DNA of 58,829 nt, filler included, from an uncultured bacterium (lineage in GTDB: Bacteria > Auribacterota > CAZIXI01), in the NCBI GenBank assembly GCA_964543115.1. It is 3 parts of 3 records of this genome, joined end to end, with 100 filler letters (N's around TTAATTAATTAA, not from the genome) between each part and the next. Parts side by side here need not be neighbours in the genome. Positions count along the whole stretch, not along the records: positions 39,706 to 58,829 come from CAZIXI010000039.1; 2 more parts are not named here. One strand, given 5' to 3'. Below the pieces are notes generated by a model. That model did not search any database. It was not told the origin of the DNA and saw nothing but the letters and a program-made list of their open reading frames with translations. Position 1 is the first letter of the stretch. Every line of letters starts with the position of its first letter. Below are positions 51,701-58,282 of this stretch, in pieces. The translations under genes and the position numbers were made by a program.

Positions 51701-54700
51701 GGTGCTCAGTATATAGACACCCGGGGCTCCCAGGTCAACGGTGGTTGCTCCATAGTTTGAGAACCAGGCCAGATTATTTTTATGATCAAGCGCGGCTACG
51801 GAAATGATATTAGTGGAATTATAGGCCGCCGGATAGAGGGGGCTGTAATCAGAATTGGCCGCACTGTTTCCGGCAGCGGCAACAAATAAACATCCTTTGT
51901 TCTTAGCGTATTCAACGGCATCTTTCAGGGCCTGGGAATAGCCGCTGCCGCCCCAGCTGTTGCTGGATAATTTTGCGCCCTGGTCGCTGGCGTAGAGGAT
52001 TGCTTCTACCGCATCGGCATATGAGCCGGATCCGTAGGCGCTTAAGAATTTCAATGCCATAATCTTTACCTGCCAGTTTACGCCGGCCACACCGATATTA
52101 TTATCACCCACTCCGCCGATTGTCCCGGCGCAATGCGTGCCGTGAGAATGGTCATCCCAGGGATCACCGTCATTATTATAAAAATCATAGCCATAATAAT
52201 CGTCTACATACCCGTTATTATCATCATCAATGTTATTGCCCGGTATTTCACCGGCATTGTGCCACATATTAGCGGAGAGGTCCGGATGCTTATAATCTAT
52301 GCCGGTATCGATTACCGCCAGAACCATTTCTTCTGAGCCGGTGAAATAGTCCCAGGCCTCCGGCGCGTCAATATCCGCGTCCGCTGTTCCTCCGGTCTGG
52401 CCGGTGTTGTGCAGGCCGTAGAGTTCAGTGAACTTAGTATCGTTGGGCAGGGCAAAGGTCTCCGCGGTATAATTATATTCGGCGTAATCAACCTCGGGAT
52501 GTTCCTCGTAAAAAGATAATGTTTCAGCAAGGGACTGTGCGGAACTGATCTTTAATAAATAAACGTTTATCTGGCTGAATGTTTTAAGTACCTCAACGCC
52601 GGCCTCAGCGTTAATGGTGCTTACTGCCGCGCCGCCGCGGAATTTTACCAGTAATTCATTTTCCTTATAAGCGGCGTTGGGATTATTGATTTTGGCTTCT
52701 GTTTCTTCCGCTGCTTGGGCCGCCTCCAGCACCGGGCAGGCCAGGGAGTTTATTTTTGTGTCTGTTAACGAAAATTCCAGCGGACTGCTTCCGGTGTTAC
52801 TGATTGTCAGCGTCTTGGTGGTGGTGGTGTTTGGTTCCAAAGTTACCAGCGGCATTTCTGCCGGATTGACGTTGGCAATCGGCGGTGTCAATGTCGTAGT
52901 ATTAGTAACATTAGAGAGCAGTGATTCGTTGCCGGCATTATCCATGGCCTTCAAGGCGAAATAATAGCTGGTGCCCTGACTGAGTCCGCTTACCGTCAGG
53001 GATTGGGTCTGGCCGCTGGTCTCCGGACTGGGTTCACCGGTAACCTGAGTAGCGGTGGTCCAATTATCATCGTTAATTGTGCCGGTGCTGTAGCGCAGGT
53101 CATGCGAAAAGGCGATTCCTTCAGTACCGTCATCGCCGGTAGCGGTCCAGGAAAGTTTCACATACGTCGTGCCGGTAGCGGTGACGGCGAGATCGGTAAT
53201 CGCTGCCGGGGCGGTATCATCCGGAGGTTCAATTCCCACTATTTCAATATCATCTATATATATGCCTTCATAATAATTGGCAATTGCGTCCCGGGTATCA
53301 AAACTAAATCTTAATTTACATTCTGTTCCCGGTTCTAATTCAATGTAATCAGAACTTACCCATTGCTTTTTGCTGGGGGTAGTGGAACTGATTGTCTTCA
53401 GGGTTTGCCAGGTGGTGCCGTTGTCCGGCGAAAATTCTATTTTCAGTACATCATAAGGATAGGAATAAGATTCAACTGAACGCCAGTAATTGAAAATCAG
53501 GTCGGCACTGGTGGCGGCAGTCAGGTTGATAGTGGGGGAAGTAATCGAGCCATAGTTGCGTTTGCCGGTATTATAATTACGAGTTGATTTTTGACCGTAG
53601 TACCAGGAGGTGGTGCTGCTCTGAAAACGGTTATGTGATTGGTGCCAGAGGGCCGCTCCGCCGCTGCCGTCTGTTCCGGAGACGGTCCAGCCGTTAGGGC
53701 CGCTTTCCACTTTTTCCTGGTAGATTACCGAGGCCGCACCGGTCCGGGTACTTACGGAATTAGAGATACTGGCGGTGTTACCCCATTCATCCAGTGCTTT
53801 GATGGCGAAATAATAGGTGGTATTAGGATTCAGGCCGGAAACAGTGAATGTTTCCGCCGCGCCGCTGGCCTTGGGTTGAGACAGGCCGGTTACCGCGCTG
53901 GCGGAATTGAAATTATCATTATCGATCGCCGATGTGGAACAGCGCAGATCATAACTTGTTGCTGTTCCGCTGGCTCCGTCGTCACCGGTAGCGGTCCAGG
54001 CCAGGCTGATCGATTTATAAGTAGGTGTGCCGGAAATTACCAAATCATTAATGGCTGCCGGAGCGTTATCGTCCGCCTGGGCGGTGACCGCTTTATAGAG
54101 ATTGGCGCGGCCGCCGGTAACCATCTTACCGGACAGGGCCGGCAGGTGATCAACAGTGCTGAACAGGCGGTTTTTCACCTGCAGGTTTGTTTCCGCTGTA
54201 TTTACCGCCCAGATCAGGGCGCAGATACCGGAAATATGGGGAGTGGCCATGGAGGTGCCGCTGTACTTTGCGTAGTTATTTCCTGGGGTGGTACTCATAA
54301 TACTTACACCCGGGGCGGCGAGGTCAACGGATGTCGGGCCGTAACAGGAAAAATATGCCATGTTGTCGTTGTGATCAGTTGCGGCTACCGCGATTACATT
54401 GGGAACGTCATAGCTTGATGGATAATGGGGATAAGAATCATTGTCGCTCCCGCTGTTGCCCGCAGCAGCTATGAACAAGGCGCCAGCATTGTGAGCTTCC
54501 GTGATGGCGTCTTTTAGGGCTTGAGAATAACCTCCGCCGCCCCAGGAATTACTTAATATTTTCGCGCCGTTATTCACGGCGTATTGGACAGATTCAATAG
54601 CGTCAGAGGTATAACCGCTGCCCCCGTCACTAAGAAATTTTACCGGCATAATCTTTGCTTTCCAGCAGACACCGGTAATGCCGGTACTGTTATTGCCCAC

Positions 54701-55408
54701 TGCGGCAATGGTCCCTGCGCAATGCGTGCCGTGAGAGTGGCCGTCCATGGGATTGTTGTCATTATAGGAAAAGTCCCAGCCGCGGTAATCATCTATATAG
54801 CCGTTGTTATCATCATCAATACCGTTATCGGGTATTTCATCACCGTTTACCCACATGTTTGCGGCCAGGTCACTATGGGTATAATCAACGCCGGTATCAA
54901 TAACCGCAATAATAATGTCATCCGGTACTTCCGTGACTATTGACCAGGCCTCCGGCGCGTCAATATCAGCATCAACCGTGCCTCCGGTTTGGCCGGTATT
55001 GTGCAGGCCGTAGAGTTGACTGAAGTTCGTATCATTGGGGGTGGAGTTAATATCCACAACATAGTTTGGTTCGGCGTAGACTACGTTAGGGTTACTGTAG
55101 GCATCGGCAACGGCGTTTTCTACAGAACTTCCCGCGGGCAGTTTCAGCTGATAAACATCGTTAATGGCAAATTGTTTAATCTTAACGGCATTTAAACGGT
55201 TACGGAGAGAAAGCAGGGCATCATCCTGCTGGAGGATTTTAAATTTAACCAGGATTTCATTAGGAGCATATTTTTCTTTTTCTTCTTCTGCCCAGCCGGC
55301 AGCAAAGGCCAGAGCTAAGAACAGGCTTAAAATGGCAACAAAAATCCTCTTCCTATATATCTTAATAGGAAAAGAGAGAAACCATTTTATCGCCCGTTTG
55401 CCGTTCAT
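45704..55408 (-). CDS. 3234-aa secreted protein: three prodomain+S8 subtilisin modules, FN3, jelly-roll and Ig-like repeats, four C-terminal WYLAEG (DUF5719-like) repeats
   Basis: Signal peptide; three complete DTG / HGTHCAG / GTSMATPH triads; repeats at 45707-46975; GAGGGGG RBS. Confidence 0.93.
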   Translation of the reverse strand: MNGKRAIKWFLSFPIKIYRKRIFVAILSLFLALAFAAGWAEEEKEKYAPNEILVKFKILQQDDALLSLRNRLNAVKIKQFAINDVYQLKLPAGSSVENAVADAYSNPNVVYAEPNYVVDINSTPNDTNFSQLYGLHNTGQTGGTVDADIDAPEAWSIVTEVPDDIIIAVIDTGVDYTHSDLAANMWVNGDEIPDNGIDDDNNGYIDDYRGWDFSYNDNNPMDGHSHGTHCAGTIAAVGNNSTGITGVCWKAKIMPVKFLSDGGSGYTSDAIESVQYAVNNGAKILSNSWGGGGYSQALKDAITEAHNAGALFIAAAGNSGSDNDSYPHYPSSYDVPNVIAVAATDHNDNMAYFSCYGPTSVDLAAPGVSIMSTTPGNNYAKYSGTSMATPHISGICALIWAVNTAETNLQVKNRLFSTVDHLPALSGKMVTGGRANLYKAVTAQADDNAPAAINDLVISGTPTYKSISLAWTATGDDGASGTATSYDLRCSTSAIDNDNFNSASAVTGLSQPKASGAAETFTVSGLNPNTTYYFAIKALDEWGNTASISNSVSTRTGAASVIYQEKVESGPNGWTVSGTDGSGGAALWHQSHNRFQSSTTSWYYGQKSTRNYNTGKRNYGSITSPTINLTAATSADLIFNYWRSVESYSYPYDVLKIEFSPDNGTTWQTLKTISSTTPSKKQWVSSDYIELEPGTECKLRFSFDTRDAIANYYEGIYIDDIEIVGIEPPDDTAPAAITDLAVTATGTTYVKLSWTATGDDGTEGIAFSHDLRYSTGTINDDNWTTATQVTGEPSPETSGQTQSLTVSGLSQGTSYYFALKAMDNAGNESLLSNVTNTTTLTPPIANVNPAEMPLVTLEPNTTTTKTLTISNTGSSPLEFSLTDTKINSLACPVLEAAQAAEETEAKINNPNAAYKENELLVKFRGGAAVSTINAEAGVEVLKTFSQINVYLLKISSAQSLAETLSFYEEHPEVDYAEYNYTAETFALPNDTKFTELYGLHNTGQTGGTADADIDAPEAWDYFTGSEEMVLAVIDTGIDYKHPDLSANMWHNAGEIPGNNIDDDNNGYVDDYYGYDFYNNDGDPWDDHSHGTHCAGTIGGVGDNNIGVAGVNWQVKIMALKFLSAYGSGSYADAVEAILYASDQGAKLSSNSWGGSGYSQALKDAVEYAKNKGCLFVAAAGNSAANSDYSPLYPAAYNSTNIISVAALDHKNNLAWFSNYGATTVDLGAPGVYILSTLPNNSYGKYSGTSMATPHVSGACALVWGQKPTLTAAQVKATILEAAEPIAALTGKSTTGGCLNVFNAIQKEDDEVPPAAISDLVTTGKTFKSITLSWTASGDDGLTGTATGYDLRYSSETITADNFSSATQVAGEPTPKAAGTMESVIVSGLEYNTTYYFALKVKDNVGNWSTLSNVKSGVTATPTIIFQDNMENGSGNWSAQSPWAQTDETAKSTITCWSDSPQSLYDNNIDVSLTSSTLDLTKLKSASIKFWHKYALEKNYDYGYVEISSDNGSSWTQIKSYTSMQNSWVNESLDINAYAGKEIKIRFRLVTDYSITTDGWHIDDIVVLGSATACGWLTPDKTSGTVAPAASTTVTFTYSALDLDPGSFSTEINVSTNDPDNNLVIVPASMIVEPTPPSGPPEIEFSSHTTGTLLNKKQIDISGTIDYNYSVVKVNNTTAAISNNSFGATITLSEGTNTISAVATNSAGTTTKSITLIVDTTQPSINISSPADGSKTSSSTVTASGTASDNLEISTVTVNSKAAALNGSSFLVANISLDEGTNTITAQSIDKAGNTQTASITVIKDTIAPAISITSPQNGAYLKSKKITVSGTVSDANDIGSVTVNGLAASVESHNFNADGISLNEGQNNINITAIDEVGNRSQSSITVYLDTKAPTIKISSPKNGAVTKTASININGYANETVTEVTVNGRVAAISGTNFSFGALNLSAGKNTITAQGKDRADNSNSTSITVTYQAPEASIEVAPTMIPEVTLNYGDTTTQSLNIKSTGEADLSFSVTLNETSTNIYSNNNSFAQAQMAVPDAEGQLIDPDYAEAENGANFQATHAPNRLLVKYKDGISSLQAESINALVGAETVNIYQEIGLHKVEIHSGIELREAINLYMKDDSVAYAEPDYELQALKTPNDAKFSELWGLHNTGQSGGKADADIDAPEAWNLTTGSSTVIIAVIDTGIDYNHSDLAANMWKNTDEIAGNGIDDDANGYVDDYYGYDFYNNDGDPYDDNNHGTHCAGTIAGVGNNGTGVAGVNWTAQVMAVKFLSGGGWGSTSDAIEGIIYAADNGAKILSNSWGGGGYSQALKDAVEYAKAKDVLFVAAAGNSGTNNDQSPSYPASYDSTNIISVAAIDHNVSLAYFSCYGATSVDIGAPGVSIYSTVPGNSYSSFSGTSMATPHVSGVAGLVLAKNSSLNAAQLKAAILNGAVVTSALNGKCVTGGRLNALNALELEEDNTPPSAIDNLAVSAISFQSITLNWTATGDDGKSGTAASYDVRYSTSAITSANFSQATQASSTPAPSGAGNKESFAVTSLAEDTLYYFAIKVNDNVANASGISNLVSATTSKGVAIYSDDMESGTNGWTVSGTDGNGGEALWHLSHNRYKSSNTSFYYGRESQRDYDTGAGNYGTLMSPVIDLTEVSDAGLSFHYWREVESYPGQYDLCYINIYKYSDYSSDTIWYKSSADSSAASWHYSGLLDLSDYCGDQIRVIFIFYSIDGISNSYEGWYIDDVNVYGSITTPDWISASPNIDTLAPGEATEITLYYNGEVPAGEYIGNLRISSNSSSSSAVDIELKLTVNVQPELKWYLAEGCTDGFDQFVLIMNPNESEASVKVTFMKPDGSVVEKYLSVGAKSRLTIYANDSVPNESISTMVESLNNVTIIAERALYWNSGDISWAGGHCTPGTSSLSTQFYFAEGCTANGFDTWIPLMNPQSQEATVYVSFVKPDGSTIDKQFSIPATSRYTIYVNEHVPNESVSTIISSSLPIAAERSMYWNSSGYSWIGGHIATGITNPATSWYLAEGCTAAGFSEWILIMNPNSQEANVSVQFMKPDGSTVTENIIIGPTARYTIHANSHVPDESISTQIESDVPVVAERAMYWDINGIPWIGGHVSPGTSNASLRWNLAEGCTSGTFDEWIPIMNPNSTDARIKVTFMMTDGSTHEEYINIGATSRYTIHVDDYLPDHSLSTLIESVNNIPVIVERAMYWSSSNSSYGEVPMVGGHASLGVE

Positions 55409-55444
55409 CTCAAGCCCCCTCGAGAATTTGTCAGGTCTTTATTC

Positions 55445-55484
55445 AAAAATAAAGCCCATTTTCAGGGCTATCTGAAAATGGGCT
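55445..55484 (-). terminator. Intrinsic terminator, riboswitch expression platform
   Basis: 13-bp stem AGCCCATTTTCAG/CTGAAAATGGGCT followed by TTATTTTT, between aptamer and RBS. Confidence 0.85.
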
Positions 55485-55513
55485 GTATATTGCTTTATCG
55501 GGTCAAAAATATG

Positions 55514-55605
55514 TCAGGTAACTGGCTGCCATCCCCCGATATTCATCGGGGATAAGGCCCTTTAGCTTTGCGCCCTATCTTTTCAGATAGTTTGCCTTTT
55601 ACTGA
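55514..55605 (-). ncRNA. c-di-GMP-I (GEMM) riboswitch aptamer
   Basis: TCAG-TAAAA-GGCAAA-CTATCT-GAAA-AGATAG-GGCGCAAAGCTAAAGGGCCT-hairpin-ATGGCAGCCAGTTAC-CTGA: P1 TCAG/CTGA, GAAA tetraloop, GCAAA and G20/A47/C92 equivalents of Vc2. Confidence 0.93.
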
Positions 55606-55659
55606 AACTAAATTTATAAAGATCAGTCAATATCTGCTTTCACGGTCATTTTATATACC

Positions 55660-55676
55660 AGCATTTTTCATGCCAT
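55660..55676 (-). promoter_or_regulatory. Putative sigma54 -24/-12 promoter ATGGCATGAAAAATGCT
   Basis: TGGCA-N6-ATGCT; predicted start lies ~45 nt upstream of the aptamer. Confidence 0.6.
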
Positions 55677-55749
55677 AATTGCCATAAAATAATTATATAA
55701 TAATAAATGTAACATTTTACGGGGAAGCATCTTGAAGTAGAAAAAAGCC

Positions 55750-55826
55750 GCTCCATTTTGTAGCAAAGCTAAAGTGCTCTATTTTGTCCATAATTCCTAC
55801 AAAATGGGGCGTACAAAATATGGACA
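55750..55826. promoter_or_regulatory. Four degenerate (C/T)ATTTTGT / ACAAAAT(G/A) boxes, candidate enhancer
   Basis: Two direct and two inverted copies 75-150 bp upstream of the putative -24 box. Confidence 0.35.
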
Positions 55827-55883
55827 GATTAAATTACAAATGGTTGACAATAATTGATAAAATGCGCGATACATGCAAATTTA

Positions 55884-56031
55884 ATGTAGGGGCCGGGCAG
55901 GCCCGGCCCCTACCCCGGGCCGGGGCAAGCCCCAGCGTTGCTGGGACTGCCCCGCTTTGCGGGGCTGCTATTATTGGAATGGATATAAACTGCCATTATA
56001 GGAATGGATATAGACTGCCCGGCCCCTACAT
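55884..56031. repeat. Composite REP element: 17-bp terminal inverted repeats (ATGTAGGGGCCGGGCAG / CTGCCCGGCCCCTACAT) enclosing hairpins and copy 2 of the 71-bp repeat (55947-56017)
   Basis: Perfect 17-bp inverted repeat at 55884-55900 and 56015-56031. Confidence 0.85.
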
Positions 56032-56043
56032 ATTTCAAATCTG

Positions 56044-56072
56044 TTGACACTTGACAAGGGCTGGGGTAATAT
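56044..56072 (+). promoter_or_regulatory. Sigma70-type promoter TTGACA-N17-TAATAT for the tRNA operon
   Basis: Consensus -35, correct spacing, 14 bp before tRNA-Val. Confidence 0.7.
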
Positions 56073-56086
56073 ATACCGAATTTTAG

Positions 56087-56159
56087 GGGCGCTTAGCTCA
56101 GCTGGGAGAGCGCTACCCTTACAAGGTAGATGTCAGAGGTTCAAACCCTCTAGCGCCCA
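56087..56159 (+). tRNA. tRNA-Val(TAC), CCA not encoded
   Basis: Acceptor GGGCGCT/AGCGCCC, anticodon arm CTACC-CTTACAA-GGTAG, GGTTCAAA T-arm. Confidence 0.97.
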
Positions 56160-56180
56160 TTTTGAAACATTAAAAACACA

Positions 56181-57143
56181 GTGCAAGAGAAAGTTTTAGA
56201 AATTGAAAATAGGTTGGATGCTGATCTAGAAGATCTCCTTTATCAGATGCATTGGCCGGAAGATATGATGCATAAGGAGATTGGCAGGCTATTAGATGTC
56301 TCCCGTCCGACGATAACAAGATGGTTCCATGAGCTTAATATCCCGACACAAAGTTGCCGCCGCTTTACCGACAGAAACTTAACTAGCTGGCTATACAAAA
56401 CAAGACAACTAAAGAAAAAAGAAAGATATCATGGTCCCGATAGAAGGATCCAGAGAACCAAGGGTAATCTAAATGTAGATTTTTTCAAACATTGGTCGCC
56501 GGAAATGGCCTATGTGTTGGGCTACTTTTCAGCAGATGGGAGCATAGCGATAAATTCAGGGGGATCTAAGTACATTCATTTTGATTCTACGGATAAATCT
56601 TTACTTGAAAAAGTAAAGGCGTTAATGAATTCTAGACATAGAATTGAGTCTAAGGCCAAAGGTCCTAGCAACAAAAAAGATATTTATCGATTGCAAATTG
56701 GGAGTAAAGAAATTTACGAGGATTTGTTGAAATTAGGTTTTACACGGAATAAGGCTTTGTCAATGCGGTTACCTAAAATACCGGTTAAATATCTTAGACA
56801 TTTTATCCGGGGTAATTTTGATGGAGACGGCTCTGTTTCCTTTGGGTATTATTTGAGAAAAAATAAAAAATATGGGAAGACTTTTAGCTTATTAACTGTT
56901 TTTACTTCGGGCAGTAAAGATTTTCTTGAAGCATTATCAAAAGTGATTTTTCTGAATGCAAATTTAGGCCCTGGGTATTTAGGGAAAAAGGGAAAAGGGG
57001 GAAGGCTTGCTTATAGCATTAAAGACAGTATTAAGTTATTCCACTATATGTACAAAGATGTTGACGAGAAGATGTATATGGTGAGAAAATATAAGAAACT
57101 TCAAGAAGCATTTAAGTTTCGGGGGTGTAACTCAGTTGATTAG
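56181..57143 (+). CDS. Free-standing two-motif LAGLIDADG homing endonuclease with N-terminal HTH
   Basis: MAYVLGYFSADG and FIRGNFDGDG motifs; EIGRLLDVSRPTITRW helix-turn-helix. Confidence 0.88.
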   Translation: MQEKVLEIENRLDADLEDLLYQMHWPEDMMHKEIGRLLDVSRPTITRWFHELNIPTQSCRRFTDRNLTSWLYKTRQLKKKERYHGPDRRIQRTKGNLNVDFFKHWSPEMAYVLGYFSADGSIAINSGGSKYIHFDSTDKSLLEKVKALMNSRHRIESKAKGPSNKKDIYRLQIGSKEIYEDLLKLGFTRNKALSMRLPKIPVKYLRHFIRGNFDGDGSVSFGYYLRKNKKYGKTFSLLTVFTSGSKDFLEALSKVIFLNANLGPGYLGKKGKGGRLAYSIKDSIKLFHYMYKDVDEKMYMVRKYKKLQEAFKFRGCNSVD

Positions 57144-57194
57144 AGTGCCAGACTGTCGATCTGGATGTCGCGGGTTTGAGCCCCGTCACCCCCG
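57121..57194 (+). tRNA. tRNA-Asp(GTC), CCA not encoded
   Basis: Acceptor GGGGGTG/CACCCCC, anticodon arm CCAGA-CTGTCGA-TCTGG; T-loop reads TTTGAGC. Confidence 0.93.
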
Positions 57195-57204
57195 CTTGAA
57201 ATTT

Positions 57205-57236
57205 AAAGGATAGGATATGTTCCCCTATCCTTTTTT
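57205..57236 (+). terminator. Intrinsic terminator of the tRNA operon
   Basis: AAAGGATAGG/CCTATCCTTT stem with T tract. Confidence 0.75.
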
Positions 57237-57273
57237 ATTGGCCGAGGTTGTTTGTCAGGATAGGAGGTCTTAC

Positions 57274-58077
57274 ATGGATTGGGGAATGAAGAACAGATTG
57301 TCGCAGTTAATCAAAGAAGATGGGAAATGTTTCTTTTTACCGATCGATCACGGTTATTTTCAGGGACCGACCCGCTGTTTGGAGAAGCCGGGGGAGACGA
57401 TTAAACCGTTGCTGCCGTACGCGGACGCGTTGTTTGTTACCCGGGGTGTGCTGCGTAGTTGTGTGGAGGCTGTGGGTAGTAAACCGATCATCTTACGTGT
57501 TTCTGGTGGGACAAGTATGGTTGGAGCTGATCTTGCCAATGAGGTCTTGACTACATCCATTGAGGAAATTATTAGACTTAACGCCCAGGCGGTGGGCTTA
57601 AGTGTCTTTATTGGCAGTGATTATGAAAAACAAACCTTATCAAATTTGGCTGCTTTAGTTAATCAATGTGAAAATTATGGGATTCCGGTAATGGCAGTTA
57701 CCGCAGTTGGCAAGGAGATGGAAAAGCGTGATGCCCGCTATCTTGGCCTTTGCTGCCGCATATGTGCTGAGCTGGGGGCCAAGGTGGTAAAAACCTATTG
57801 GTGTGCGGATTTTGATAAGGTGGTAGAAGGATGTCCGGTACCGGTAGTTATGGCCGGCGGCCCAAAATGTAATACAGAAAAAGAGGTATTTGAGTTTGTT
57901 CATGATGGAATGCAGAAGGGTTCTATTGGCGTAAATCTTGGCCGTAATGTCTGGCAGAATCCTAATCCCGTAGCGGTGATCCGCGCCCTGAATGCCATTA
58001 TTCATGAAAATGCCAGTGTGGAGCAGGCCTGGGAGTTATTCAATAAACTAAAAGGGAAAAAAGAAGCAAAGGTGTAA
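57274..58077 (+). CDS. lsrF: 3-hydroxy-5-phosphonooxypentane-2,4-dione thiolase LsrF (DhnA-type class I aldolase family)
   Basis: MDWGMKNRL, IDHGYFQGP, ELGAKVVKTY, GRNVWQ; AGGAGG RBS before ATG 57274. Confidence 0.88.
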   Translation: MDWGMKNRLSQLIKEDGKCFFLPIDHGYFQGPTRCLEKPGETIKPLLPYADALFVTRGVLRSCVEAVGSKPIILRVSGGTSMVGADLANEVLTTSIEEIIRLNAQAVGLSVFIGSDYEKQTLSNLAALVNQCENYGIPVMAVTAVGKEMEKRDARYLGLCCRICAELGAKVVKTYWCADFDKVVEGCPVPVVMAGGPKCNTEKEVFEFVHDGMQKGSIGVNLGRNVWQNPNPVAVIRALNAIIHENASVEQAWELFNKLKGKKEAKV

Positions 58078-58124
58078 AGAAGGGGAAACATCAATCAATT
58101 ATGAAAATAGAGATAAATCATTCC

Positions 58125-58217
58125 AAAACGCAAAGATCGCGAAGTAACCGCAAAGAACGCAGAGAAAAAAAATAATATCATAAAACCTCTGCGAATCTCA
58201 GCGCTCTCTGCGTTAAG
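58125..58217. repeat. CGCAAAGA/CGCAGAGA short repeats with inverted CTCTGCG copies
   Basis: Direct inspection; intergenic; related to 15237-15288. Confidence 0.5.
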
Positions 58218-58282
58218 AAAAATATTTGAGTTTATAACTTAGGGGTCACGAGCAAAGCGAGTTATCTTTTGTTGCTAAAAAA

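Noticed and set aside
55514..55605. cGAMP-sensing (GEMM-Ib) variant riboswitch
   Set aside because: The position equivalent to Vc2 nucleotide 20 is G, not A; a binding assay would be final.
55784..56047. 87-aa ORF upstream of tRNA-Val
   Set aside because: Runs through REP and repeat DNA with no protein-like features.
56160..57120. Group I intron or intein hosting the LAGLIDADG ORF
   Set aside because: Both flanking tRNAs are uninterrupted, there is little non-coding room for a ribozyme core, and no intein splice motifs are seen.
57217..57273. Longer lsrF N-terminus from the ORF track
   Set aside because: Starts inside the tRNA terminator; RBS and the family start MDWG support 57274.
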